A stretch of DNA of 64,000 bases, taken from positions 235,145 to 299,144 of the IMG/VR virus record IMGVR_UViG_3300050014_000823, one strand, 5' to 3'. The position numbers were made by a program, and so were the translations under genes. The notes beneath the pieces were generated by a model. It ran no database searches and was not told where the DNA came from. It worked only from the letters and a program-made list of their open reading frames with translations. Positions within the stretch are counted from its first letter, which is position 1. Each line of letters opens with the position of its first letter. Shown here piece by piece: positions 19,301 to 28,374 of the stretch.

Positions 19301-19634
19301 GTTTACCTAACATAGCCAAGCCTATTTTAGTCAAAGGACTTGCTTCTGCAGGATTTAACAGTCTACCATAAACGGTATTCTTGAGATTATATGACTTGAA
19401 TGGTGCGATAATACTTGCAATACCATTGACAGCATTAATAATATTTTGTGCTTGATTCTTTTCAGTAACAGGATAAAGATTGTTTGGGGTATAGAGATTC
19501 CTTGTCTGCAAGTCATTTCTTAGACTATCAGTATTAAGTAAAAGTCTTGAAGGAGTGATACCTGCATTCTGCGAAGCATTACCAGTATTATTAGTACCTC
19601 TTACGAGTGTTGGGGGTGTATTGCTACCTGCCAT
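16314..19634 (-). CDS. Large baseplate/tail protein with internal OmpA-C-like segment
   Basis: 1106 aa, lies between tape measure and LysM gene. C-terminal PVCILRVGDFFFTKVIIENLSIDY...WDMNPEGFGMQPMIAKVTL (tube-like baseplate fold); IKIVGAAS...YNYMLGRRRAQA...RYATIEF (OmpA-like). Confidence 0.65.
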   Translation of the reverse strand: MAGSNTPPTLVRGTNNTGNASQNAGITPSRLLLNTDSLRNDLQTRNLYTPNNLYPVTEKNQAQNIINAVNGIASIIAPFKSYNLKNTVYGRLLNPAEASPLTKIGLAMLGKQFAMNAGSHIAQQNFPVIKVSNLFDGAKNTHLFTKRLDVRITKKPAISNFQSFLNAVVYYFPAVDYPFTPNSTEADYIKNSGTGQLSFLYSALNNNVYKQGFASSEYFGQSILDDKALLQYSGKGFADTQLLLRSDLVNAPLSHYRSYFNYFKTNPYSNILPSDDSISQANTATSFALNTLELDSNNTQEYAPTADFVEKNFGVANIRFKEVNGFKLSETANEWINTSDEFGDDAVSNKLVWGMNGISPNASDNINKLLGTSNHADEQVNPTNQRNVSFRAYSGLLEYTRNLLNASDGAVVDITRKAFQNKNKNIVGFNGSGLWVANDSDYAMNAETAGLTGVRQHSMLDQYDRFAKAIRFEGNYVYGGNENSVIYDRVMPRIHPTLPPHESSSDQPNNRNLMFSIENLAVRVISKDSVGIIDDEYGSQIPICEVGQFNGRLMWFPPYNLEINESTQSNFDKTVMVGRNEPMYNYMHSERSATLNFTMLIDYPQQLKNATYKGTDKHRAIAEFFAFGGDPYSPAPILENPAQKQRVNDDHIEQITGPVDTPEPEVTIPEPVTMVFPNDLPKDASESSQIVDTMYLDYEYQIMPGSRQQKKVISSGFNQDIFFVTGMTKTDPPVLDKNLLPPGFSQYNYVGVKSALDKKLNELFKPVGNRRMFGIKIVGAASKLNDSKSGYNYMLGRRRAQAARQIVLGRLEAIFPGEDISSIQISIDSVGATGANPANSSGKTQKEIEAKLELPATTQERYATIEFRRTREAPPKKIPPLSYPDTVIVAGLRASNQPLVKSQNSNNASQCVMSVRKEDAAMQKGFQSVESNYYNPVFHTQTPEDFHKRLTFLQQCMRQGAAKRYDVVDEAGIPRAKNSVFGRQPVCILRVGDFFFTKVIIENLSIDYAETTWDMNPEGFGMQPMIAKVTLQMKVIGGQSLKGPIDALQNAITFNYYANSNFTSEGLYNRPWKEAENQQTYMNGILKAESDILNAAYIKKFPPKQQ

Positions 19635-19996
19635 TTATTCTTTTTTAAATAAATACTTGCAATTTAATTTATTTGAATTATCTTTACATTGCCAAATTCT
19701 ATACAAACCTGGCGCACGGGTCGAACCTTATATCTATCGTAAAATTATTGGGTTGAAATGTTAAAACATAAATTACAAGGCGATTTAATTTGTTTCTTTT
19801 GTCAAAAAGAAATAAATATAGTATCCCGAATTTACCACAGGTTTTTTGAAAGTCTGAAAGAATTTCGAACAAATCTTTGTAATTTCGTGTTTGATTCGGA
19901 GAAGCGAACAAGCGTTTGAGTTTTCACGAAAAACGTGGCGAAGTTACAACTTTTTTTCGAGATTATTACTATGTTTTTAAAAATATTTGAAAAATT

Positions 19997-20587
19997 ATGA
20001 AATTAAACACAAAAAAATTTGCAGGACTATGTGGAGTTAGTACAAGTACTATTAGATGTTGGTCAAGAAAAAACAAATTAAATTTTATATGTACTAAAGG
20101 TGGTCAAAGAAGATATGATGAATCTGAAGTTATAATATTTTTAAATAAAAGTAAAAGAAATTCTATTAATATAATTGAAGATTTAAAAAAATATGAAACA
20201 TCATCACCAGAATATATGAAAGCATGGTGAAATAATAATCGTGAAAAATGTCGTGAATATACAAAAAATAGAAATCATAAAAATCTTCAGTTATCTGCAA
20301 TTAAATGGATGAGAAATTTTTTATATAGAACAGAACAACAAGGATTTAAAAAAACTAAATTAAATACTATTACTGAATTTGGTTATACTCCAGAGCAATT
20401 AATAAAAAGAATTGAATGTCAGTTTCAAGATGGTATGTCATGGAGTAATAGAAAAGAATGGCATATTGACCACAGAAAACCAATTTCTATGTTTATTGAA
20501 GGTACAAGTCCAAGAATAATTAATATGTTATGTAATTTAAAACCTGTATGGGCAAAAGATAATCTATCTAAAGGTTTTAAGTTTTAA
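19997..20587 (+). pseudogene. MerR-type HTH + HNH endonuclease interrupted by an in-frame TGA
   Basis: ORFs 19997..20230 and 20309..20587 share one frame with an open 26-codon bridge (KAW*NNNREKCREY). N-terminus FAGLCGVSTSTIRCW...TKGGQRRY; C-terminus WHIDHRKPIS...NLKPVWAKDNLSKG. Confidence 0.7.
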
Positions 20588-23124
20588 CCCTTACCCTTAT
20601 AACCTCTTTTTGACTCATAGCTGTCATTTCTGATGTAAGCACCTGTCTGAGTGGCTTCATGAAACTTATAGCCGTCAATATTCATAGTAATATTTGAAAC
20701 TACTGCAACTTGTTTGTCACTGAATTCAACTTTTAATGGATTTTTAAGTAAATTTGTTAATTCTGAAAGTCCGCTACCGCCCTTGAAGTTTGCTTTTGAG
20801 ATTCTTTCAACTGCATCGGCAACTGCCATAAAGTCTTCACGACTTCCAGACATAACTGCCTTTATGTTTGCAAATGCTTCACCAACTTTTGAAACTTTAT
20901 TTGCTGTAAGAGCAATAATACCTAAAGTACTACCAAGTACTGCTAAACCAACCCAACCACCTACACCTGCGATAGCCAAAGCTGCACCGATTTCTGCAAT
21001 ACCAAGTCCGACTTCCATCATGTCTTTACCTGCACCTTTACTATTTTTTACAAGGTCACCTAAACCAAATCCTAATACTCCAATACCCGCTGCAGCCAAA
21101 CCAATGCCTGCACCAATTAATGCAACACCTGCACCGAAAGCAATAAGTGGACCTGCTGATGCACCAGCTGCTGTACTAAATGCTAAAATGCCAACGGCAG
21201 CCAAAGAAGTTACACCAATTGAAATACCTAATGTTAATACAATATCTCTTAAAACTTTTGCTTGTTTATCGTCAAGTTTACTCATGGAATTTGCAAGTAA
21301 ACTAATACCTGCGGCAGCAGTTCCAATACCTGCACCTATACCTAATGCAGCAGCCCCAACACCTGCACCTGCGCCAGCAAGCATTTTTCCTTTTCCTGCC
21401 ATTGCAGCACCTTGACCAATACCTTCACGTTGTTTACCTAAACTACTAAGACCACCACCACCTTTACTTTTACCCATGCCCATACCACCACTAACCCATT
21501 TTTCTATAGTGTGATTTAGACCTGCAGTAACTGCTTTCCATGCAACGGCTGCGGTAATTAAGCCAGCACCAGTTATCCACGGACCAACTGATTTAAATAA
21601 AGCAGTAAGTGGTTCTAAAACATTTGCCCTTGTCCAAGTTAAAACAGTATTAACAGTTTCAAGTATGGGTAATAAACCCGATTTTATTTCAAGTAAAGTA
21701 TTTTTAAGTGCATCTTCGAAGGTCTGTGAATCTATTGCACGGTCTTCCAAGGACTTACTTTCTTTCATAAATGAATTTGCCTGTTCTTTAGTAAGTGTTG
21801 AAATATCGTGCATATGACCTGCAAGTTTAACTTCATACCCCATAGTATTCTTATTAAAGATTGCAGCACCCTTAACTAATTCCTTTTCTCTATCAGATAA
21901 TCCCAGACCAGCTAAGTCTTGATTCATTTTATCTAAGTCCAGTCGTCTTTTAGTAGTTTCAAAGATTTCTTCTTTAGAAATAATACCCAATGACTCTGCA
22001 ACACTTGCAAGACGCTGTTTATCAGCAGGACTAATAAACTTTTCAAATGTACCGTCTGCTTGTTTTCTGAAAGTAGCAATGCCCTTAGTCATTTCAGAGA
22101 TTTTTTCCATGACTTTTTCAGGTTCATTACGCATCTGATAAAACATCTGCATTGGGTCTACCTTTGCAAATTCTCCACCCATAACCTGCAAGTTTGCAGT
22201 TAATTCGATTACCTTTTCAAGACTATCACCCATGTCAGCAACTTTAAGTGCTGAGTCCATGCTGACTTTCATCTTTTCAGAGTTCATAGCCATTTCAGCC
22301 ATTGCTTTTGAACCTCTCTGGAAAGTATATGTATTTAATTTTTTAAAATTATCATTTAAATTCTTAAGTACTTTAATTGTATTAACACCCATACGTTCTG
22401 AAGTATCAACAATACCTTGTACATAATTCATGGTGTTTTTAGCGTCAAAACCCATTAATTCAAATTGTGCACCGAGTTTGGTTGCCTGTTCAACACCAAG
22501 TCCAGTACCTTTACCAATTTTCATAATATCATCAACCATTTCAGAAGATAATGCACGTGCACGTCCTGTTTCATCAGCATAACCTGTCATGATAGTGCCA
22601 ACATCTTCAAGACTTCCACCTAATTTAGCAGCAAATCCTGCAGATTGTTCAAAGGTTTGACGGAGTTCAGCAGCTTTAGCACCCGACATACCAAGATTTA
22701 AAACAGTAGTTTTAATAATCTTGTCTTGGTCCATTAAAAACTTAATACCTGCACCAATTTGCTTATTGGTTTCACTAATAGTATTAACAAGATTTTTTCT
22801 ACAATTTTGCTGTTTTTCTAATTGAGCATTAACTTCTTTTTCATTTTTAATTTGCTCCTTTTGTAAATCAACAAGTTTTTTTAGTGCGGCTTTCTGTGGG
22901 TCACTTAATTTATTTTGATTGGCTAATAAGTCATTAATCATACGCTGTCTCTCAGCGATTTTCTCTGATTCTTTCGCTCTGGCAGTCTCCATATCCCCAA
23001 TACTCTTATACCACTTAGCTTCTTCGCTTAATGCGTCTTGGATAGCCTTGTGGTTTTCAAGTTCGTCTCTCAACTGATTTTGAATCTGCCTTCTTGATGG
23101 ACCTGCTGCTGGTGTTGTAGCCAT
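20584..23124 (-). CDS. Tape measure protein
   Basis: 846 aa, helical Ala/Lys/Glu-rich N-terminus and Gly/Ala-rich hydrophobic C-terminus, immediately downstream of tail chaperone genes. Confidence 0.8.
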   Translation of the reverse strand: MATTPAAGPSRRQIQNQLRDELENHKAIQDALSEEAKWYKSIGDMETARAKESEKIAERQRMINDLLANQNKLSDPQKAALKKLVDLQKEQIKNEKEVNAQLEKQQNCRKNLVNTISETNKQIGAGIKFLMDQDKIIKTTVLNLGMSGAKAAELRQTFEQSAGFAAKLGGSLEDVGTIMTGYADETGRARALSSEMVDDIMKIGKGTGLGVEQATKLGAQFELMGFDAKNTMNYVQGIVDTSERMGVNTIKVLKNLNDNFKKLNTYTFQRGSKAMAEMAMNSEKMKVSMDSALKVADMGDSLEKVIELTANLQVMGGEFAKVDPMQMFYQMRNEPEKVMEKISEMTKGIATFRKQADGTFEKFISPADKQRLASVAESLGIISKEEIFETTKRRLDLDKMNQDLAGLGLSDREKELVKGAAIFNKNTMGYEVKLAGHMHDISTLTKEQANSFMKESKSLEDRAIDSQTFEDALKNTLLEIKSGLLPILETVNTVLTWTRANVLEPLTALFKSVGPWITGAGLITAAVAWKAVTAGLNHTIEKWVSGGMGMGKSKGGGGLSSLGKQREGIGQGAAMAGKGKMLAGAGAGVGAAALGIGAGIGTAAAGISLLANSMSKLDDKQAKVLRDIVLTLGISIGVTSLAAVGILAFSTAAGASAGPLIAFGAGVALIGAGIGLAAAGIGVLGFGLGDLVKNSKGAGKDMMEVGLGIAEIGAALAIAGVGGWVGLAVLGSTLGIIALTANKVSKVGEAFANIKAVMSGSREDFMAVADAVERISKANFKGGSGLSELTNLLKNPLKVEFSDKQVAVVSNITMNIDGYKFHEATQTGAYIRNDSYESKRGYKGKG

Positions 23125-23167
23125 TTGTAATAGTTATTATAGATATAAATACAAAAGACCGAGATTT

Positions 23168-23347
23168 TTATCGTCCCGGTCTAAAATTGTTTTTACTTCG
23201 TGCTTGCTCTTGAAGTTTTTCTATTTCTTCATTCTCTCTTTGTAGTAAAAATAAGAAGTGTCGTCTTCTGTAGATTGGCAAGTGTTCGATATAATCTGCT
23301 TGGAACTTAGCGTGCTTGGTCAAGACGTATATCTCTTCATCGACCAT
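23168..23347 (-). CDS. Tail assembly chaperone second segment (T part of a G/GT pair), likely reached by -1 frameshift
   Basis: Not in the ORF track. MVDEEIYVLTKHAKFQADYIEHLPIYRRRHFLFLL...; the frame is open back to the T9C4 slippery run at 23374-23386. Confidence 0.75.
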   Translation of the reverse strand: MVDEEIYVLTKHAKFQADYIEHLPIYRRRHFLFLLQRENEEIEKLQEQARSKNNFRPGR

Positions 23348-23364
23348 TTTTTTATATTCGCCCG

Positions 23365-24279
23365 TTAAGTTGAGGGGAAAAAAAAATCTATGCCCACAGT
23401 TAGGTTAGCATGAAATTTATATCCGTCTTTAGCCATGAACTCGTAATCCATATCAACATCAGGACTGACATCCATAATTTTTCTACGAATTGTAAAAGCA
23501 TCCAAAGCAGGCATTGCATCAACAAACTTGTCAATATATGACCTGTCGGTTTTCTCGTTGATAGCAACAATATGTGATTTTAATTTCATTGTGTTGAAGT
23601 CTGAAAACTCTTGATTATAAGTTTCTTGTAATGCCTGTGCTTTCTTAAATAATTGATTTTCATCACCCGAACTAATAAGTCTGAATGTTACAGTCTTCTT
23701 ACGCATAGGAATTTCAACAGTGAAATGACCATACTGGTCAGGTTCTTGCTTAACTATCTTATACTTAAGTTTAGTTAAATCAATGGTATCTTTAAAAGGT
23801 ATACCACTTCGTGGGTCAGTAACTTGTACGGTATAATCTGGACCATAACTTGAAGTCCTTAAGAACAATATAACCGCATTTCTGTCGCCTGCAAGAAGTT
23901 CTTCGGGAAGAATACCTGGAGTTTTAATCTTTCTACGGAGTAAAACATCCAATACAGTACCATTTTCTATTAAAGAAGGTGTAGTAAGTAAGTCTTCGTC
24001 TTTTGAAGTCATGTATTCAACATTAACTTCGGCAATACGACTTTGATAAAACTGACCTTTTGACGGAAGTTTAATGGCTTCATAAGAAGTCATCAAGTCT
24101 GGGTCGGTCTCTTTCGACATGGTTTTTTCAAAGTCCTGTGGATTAAAAACAGGCATTTTAGGTATTCCTGCACCAACTACTGGTGGCTGACCCTTTTCCT
24201 GACCTACAGTCGCTTCTTTATATTTTTTAATGGTTTCAGAGATATTCTGCTTTTTTGGTTTGTCGTTAATTTCTTCCAT
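23365..24279 (-). CDS. Tail assembly chaperone / baseplate hub assembly protein (G part)
   Basis: IKLPSKG..Y, VEYMTSKDEDLL, LLAGDRNAVILFLR, ending VGIDFFFP, upstream of tape measure. Confidence 0.75.
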   Translation of the reverse strand: MEEINDKPKKQNISETIKKYKEATVGQEKGQPPVVGAGIPKMPVFNPQDFEKTMSKETDPDLMTSYEAIKLPSKGQFYQSRIAEVNVEYMTSKDEDLLTTPSLIENGTVLDVLLRRKIKTPGILPEELLAGDRNAVILFLRTSSYGPDYTVQVTDPRSGIPFKDTIDLTKLKYKIVKQEPDQYGHFTVEIPMRKKTVTFRLISSGDENQLFKKAQALQETYNQEFSDFNTMKLKSHIVAINEKTDRSYIDKFVDAMPALDAFTIRRKIMDVSPDVDMDYEFMAKDGYKFHANLTVGIDFFFPST

Positions 24280-24417
24280 AATTATAAAATTTTATATTTT
24301 ATTATTGTTTTCAATAAATACGTAGAAAAAAATTTTCGACATAAATTCAAGATTTTTTATTAAGACTCGTATAAGTGGGTATTGAAGTAAAACATTAGAT
24401 AATTTAACATAAATTTT

Positions 24418-25281
24418 ATGAGTAGAGATAGATATAAAGAAGAAAAAGACTTTCAGGAACTAACTTCGGTTTCAGTAAATAGTGGTGAACAAATATCCCA
24501 AATAAAAGCAGAAATAAGTAAATTACTGCCACCGGACATTAAAATCATCGCAAAAAATGAAAGTCAAAAAAAACTTATAAATTCTATAAAAAATAATGAG
24601 ATAACGATTTGTGCAGGTCGGGCAGGAACTGGTAAAACCTTTGTTGCAATGGCAATAGCACTTGGATTACTGAGAAAACCGTCAAATAGATTTAAAAAAA
24701 TCTACTTGGTCAAATCAGTTACCACGTTAAAGGGTGAGGAACTTGGATTTCTTAAAGGCGATTTAAAAGAAAAAATTGACCCGTTTATGTGGAGTTTCTA
24801 CATTAATATGGAAAAGCTAATACTTGAATCTTCGATGAAGTCCCTTCTTGAAAAGGATATTATCAGACCATTCCCGCTTGCATACATGCGTGGTGCCAGC
24901 TTGGATGATTGTATAATCATTGCAGATGAAATGCAGAACGTCAACATTGACAACTCTTTAACACTTATGACTCGTATTGGTAGTAACTCAAAGTTAATAT
25001 TACTTGGGGACATGAACCAAATCGACATGAAGAACAAGCACGAGAGTTCATTAGAGGCTATTTTAGACATGTTTACTGACACACAGAACATCGGAACTAT
25101 AATGATGTCAGGTGAGGATGAGAATGTCAGAAACCCTCTTATTGTTGTAATAGAAGCAAAATATCTCGCATATCAGAAACTGCCGAAGAAGAAAAAGGTA
25201 ACAATGGTCAATTCTACAACTCTTATGGTTGAAAACCGATATGTTGACGCAAATAAAATAACAGTAGGAAGTAGTGAATAA
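24418..25281 (+). CDS. phoH: PhoH-family ATPase
   Basis: GRAGTGKT Walker A, GEELGFLKGDLKEK, PLAYMRGASL, IADEMQN, LLGDMNQID. Confidence 0.9.
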   Translation: MSRDRYKEEKDFQELTSVSVNSGEQISQIKAEISKLLPPDIKIIAKNESQKKLINSIKNNEITICAGRAGTGKTFVAMAIALGLLRKPSNRFKKIYLVKSVTTLKGEELGFLKGDLKEKIDPFMWSFYINMEKLILESSMKSLLEKDIIRPFPLAYMRGASLDDCIIIADEMQNVNIDNSLTLMTRIGSNSKLILLGDMNQIDMKNKHESSLEAILDMFTDTQNIGTIMMSGEDENVRNPLIVVIEAKYLAYQKLPKKKKVTMVNSTTLMVENRYVDANKITVGSSE

Positions 25282-25564
25282 TATGGACACAAAAATATTA
25301 GTAATATACATTGGTGTTGCTGGAATTCGTAGTGAAGATATTCCAGAGTACGTACAGAAAGTATCGAGCAAAATAACACCACAAACTTTTGAGGGTGAAA
25401 TAATTTTATTACCCACACAATCATACGATACAAAGGTCGTATGCATCAACCCTGAGTATATAACCGAACCAGAATTGGTCGAGCGACACAGGACTATGAT
25501 GAAAGAATTACAGGAAGCACTCCAGAATCAATTGGAGCAATTAAAAACAAAAAGCAATGAGTAA
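25274..25564 (+). CDS. Hypothetical protein
   Basis: 96-aa ORF overlapping both neighbours in the operon. Confidence 0.7.
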   Translation: MNNMDTKILVIYIGVAGIRSEDIPEYVQKVSSKITPQTFEGEIILLPTQSYDTKVVCINPEYITEPELVERHRTMMKELQEALQNQLEQLKTKSNE

Positions 25565-26300
25565 AAAACTTAAAATCGGAATTGACATTAATGAAGTACT
25601 GAGGGCAAGATGGCTTCAGTTTGACAGGTTTTACGACCAGGAATTTGGTACTGAGGATAGTGAAACAAAATATGAGTTTGACCTATTTGGTAAATATCCT
25701 TGGAAAGATACCGTTGAGGTAGAAAAGGAATTAAAAGAACCTGACGATATGCCTGCAGATATCAACCCAATTGATTATCAACTGGATAAAGACGGTGAAG
25801 CACCTGCTGACATTTTCTTATTTAAAGCACCTGTGGAGAAACATCTTACCGTAAAGGAAGTTTATAATCGTTTCATGTATGAAGATTTTCTATTTGAAAT
25901 CTTCGCAAGTGCACCAATGATGTACAAGGACATGGATGTGCACGTAAACAGATTTCAAGAAAAATATCGTGACACGGTTGATTTTACAATTGTTTCAAAA
26001 GAAAATCGTTTCAGCATACCATCGACATTGTTCTTTCTCAGTAAAATTCGCAGTAGATTTACTGAGTTTCGCTTTGTTGAAACCAACGAAGAAATGTTTG
26101 AAGGTCTTGATATTCTTATCACTGCAGACCCTGAACTTCTCGATGGCGTTGTTCCAAGCAAAAGCGTAGTAAAACTATTAAGACCATATAACGAAAAATG
26201 TTTTAGTGGCGAAATTACTCCGGTATTTCAAATCAATGACTTGATTGACAACGAAGAATTTGAAAAATTAATTGACTATATAAAACCAGTAACAGAATGA
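25557..26300 (+). CDS. HAD-superfamily 5'(3')-nucleotidase-like protein
   Basis: IGIDINEVLR (DxN variant of motif I), IVSKE, TLFFLSK, LITADP. Confidence 0.55.
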   Translation: MSKKLKIGIDINEVLRARWLQFDRFYDQEFGTEDSETKYEFDLFGKYPWKDTVEVEKELKEPDDMPADINPIDYQLDKDGEAPADIFLFKAPVEKHLTVKEVYNRFMYEDFLFEIFASAPMMYKDMDVHVNRFQEKYRDTVDFTIVSKENRFSIPSTLFFLSKIRSRFTEFRFVETNEEMFEGLDILITADPELLDGVVPSKSVVKLLRPYNEKCFSGEITPVFQINDLIDNEEFEKLIDYIKPVTE

Positions 26301-27511
26301 GCACAGACGTATTAAATGTAGAAGCACAAAAAGCCGAAACAGAAAAAATCGAAAAGATTAAAACATCTTTAAATAACATCGTGACCAAGAAATCAAAATT
26401 CTTGTTTTGCGTATCTGAATCTCAAAGTCCCGCAGCAAGTGTGTATGAAATTTATTTTCATGCAACAGTTGTAAAAAACATGGGATACGAAGTCCTTATC
26501 TTAGTTGAAAAGGGCGATTACGTTATTCCTACTTGGATTGAAAAGGAACTCACAGCATTTAAACACGTATCAATGGCTGACCCAAAATTAGCAGTTGGAC
26601 CTGAAGATGTAATGATAATTCCTGAAGTATATTCCAACGTAATGGAACAGACCAAAAACTTACCTTGCGTAAGAGTTGGATTATTGCAGTCAGTTGACTA
26701 CATGGTTAACTCTTTAATTCCCGGCACAGACTGGAAATCATTTAACATTAACGATATTGTCACAACTTCAGAAACATTGAAAGAGTGGGTTGAAACTTTC
26801 TACGGTAAGAATAAATTCAACATTAAAACTTACAACATTGGTATTCCCGATTACTTCGAAAGAACAGAAGTTCCACAGAAACCAATAATTTCTGTTGTAG
26901 GTAGGAATGCCAATGAAATCTCAAAGTTTGTTAAATTGTTTTTCAGCAGGTTTCCGCAGTACAGTTGGGTTACTTTTGACCCGATGCTTACAAAATCAAA
27001 ACCACCACAGCAAATGCGTAGGGTTGACTTTGCAAAAAGACTTCAAGGTAACTTCGCAGCCGTTTGGATTGACAGGATTGCCAGCTTTGGTACATTTCCA
27101 CTTGAGTGTATGAAATCCGGTACAATTCCTATTTGTTTGAAACCCGATATTACACCTGAATATATTCTCGAAAGAGATACTGTAAGCGGTAACACCGTTG
27201 TAAAAATTGCCGATGGTGCAGGAATTTGGACTGATAATTATTATGACCTTCCGGTTATAACAGGTGAAGTTCTTGTTAAGTTCCTTGACGATGCAATTTC
27301 TCCCGACCTATATACTTCAATGGAAAAAATTGCAAGTAAATACAGCCAGGAAAATGCAGAACTGCAGCTTGCAGAAATCTATCAAGGATTTCTTAACACA
27401 AGAATTGCATTATTCCAAAGTGCTTTAGGACTTCCAGAAGTACCTGCAAACGGTCCTGTTCAAGAAGAACACGCTCCAGAAGCACCAAAAAATAACTTAA
27501 GAATTGTATAA
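26297..27511 (+). CDS. GT-B fold glycosyltransferase-like protein
   Basis: VMIIPEVY, WIDRIASFGTFPLECMKSG (ExFG-like nucleotide-sugar motif). Confidence 0.65.
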   Translation: MSTDVLNVEAQKAETEKIEKIKTSLNNIVTKKSKFLFCVSESQSPAASVYEIYFHATVVKNMGYEVLILVEKGDYVIPTWIEKELTAFKHVSMADPKLAVGPEDVMIIPEVYSNVMEQTKNLPCVRVGLLQSVDYMVNSLIPGTDWKSFNINDIVTTSETLKEWVETFYGKNKFNIKTYNIGIPDYFERTEVPQKPIISVVGRNANEISKFVKLFFSRFPQYSWVTFDPMLTKSKPPQQMRRVDFAKRLQGNFAAVWIDRIASFGTFPLECMKSGTIPICLKPDITPEYILERDTVSGNTVVKIADGAGIWTDNYYDLPVITGEVLVKFLDDAISPDLYTSMEKIASKYSQENAELQLAEIYQGFLNTRIALFQSALGLPEVPANGPVQEEHAPEAPKNNLRIV

Positions 27512-27520
27512 TTTATAAAC

Positions 27521-28351
27521 ATGAATACAACAGTAATAATTCCAATACATGAGTATAACGATAAGATTTCAAGTCTTTTAGACCACGCAATTGAATCGGT
27601 ACTTAAACAAGAAAAACTAACAGAGCAACCACAAATTCTTGTGGTATATGCTTCTGCAATAGAAGAAGGTATAATCGCCTTTCAACAGAGTCTGTTGAGA
27701 AAGTACCAGAATGCTCTTGACATTCTTTTTATTAAGAATGACGGTAAAACCGATTATCAGTCACAAGTTAATCTTGGAGTAGAGTCGGTAACTACCGCAT
27801 ATTTCTCGGTACTTGAATTTGATGACGAATATGGTACTACCTATTTCAGCATTGCAAACAAATACATTAAAGCATATCCGGAAATTGACGTATTTCTTAC
27901 CATGATGATTGAGGTCAACGAACAGAATATGGGTATTAAGTTAACCAATGAAACCGTATGGGCACAACAGTTTGTAGGTGAGAACGGTGAAATGGGTTAC
28001 TTGAACCTTAACGCATTGAAACAGTACACAGACTTTAAAATGAGTGGTGCTATTATTAAAAAGTCAGAATTTGTCAACGTAGGTAAGTTTAAATCAAACA
28101 TTAAGTTAACCTTCATGTATGAATTCTTACTCAGAGCATTAAACAATGCCTGCAAAGTCTTCAGTATTCCAAAAATCGGCTACAAACACCTTGCAACACG
28201 TGAAGACAGTATGTTTGATGTTTACCAGAAGAACATGCCTGCAGACGAAAGAAAATTTTGGTTTGATACTGCAACTAAAGAAGCAAACTTTGTCAATGAC
28301 AGAACTATTGACATGTCAAGAATGCTGAAGATAGTTGTAGATGAAAAATAA
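27521..28351 (+). CDS. GT2 family glycosyltransferase
   Basis: TVIIPIHE, QVNLGVESV, SVLEFDDEY. Confidence 0.75.
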   Translation: MNTTVIIPIHEYNDKISSLLDHAIESVLKQEKLTEQPQILVVYASAIEEGIIAFQQSLLRKYQNALDILFIKNDGKTDYQSQVNLGVESVTTAYFSVLEFDDEYGTTYFSIANKYIKAYPEIDVFLTMMIEVNEQNMGIKLTNETVWAQQFVGENGEMGYLNLNALKQYTDFKMSGAIIKKSEFVNVGKFKSNIKLTFMYEFLLRALNNACKVFSIPKIGYKHLATREDSMFDVYQKNMPADERKFWFDTATKEANFVNDRTIDMSRMLKIVVDEK

Positions 28352-28374
28352 TCGTATACTGAATTCTACCGTGA

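Noticed and set aside
20714-21415. 233-aa plus-strand ORF and other antisense ORFs (e.g. 1549..1917, 31040..31504, 35787..36272)
   Set aside because: Shadows of Gly/Ala/Pro-rich or long genes on the other strand or frame; no independent motifs or promoters.
24418-25281. phoH as a novel phosphate-starvation auxiliary gene
   Set aside because: PhoH is common in large phages and nothing here links it to phosphate uptake.
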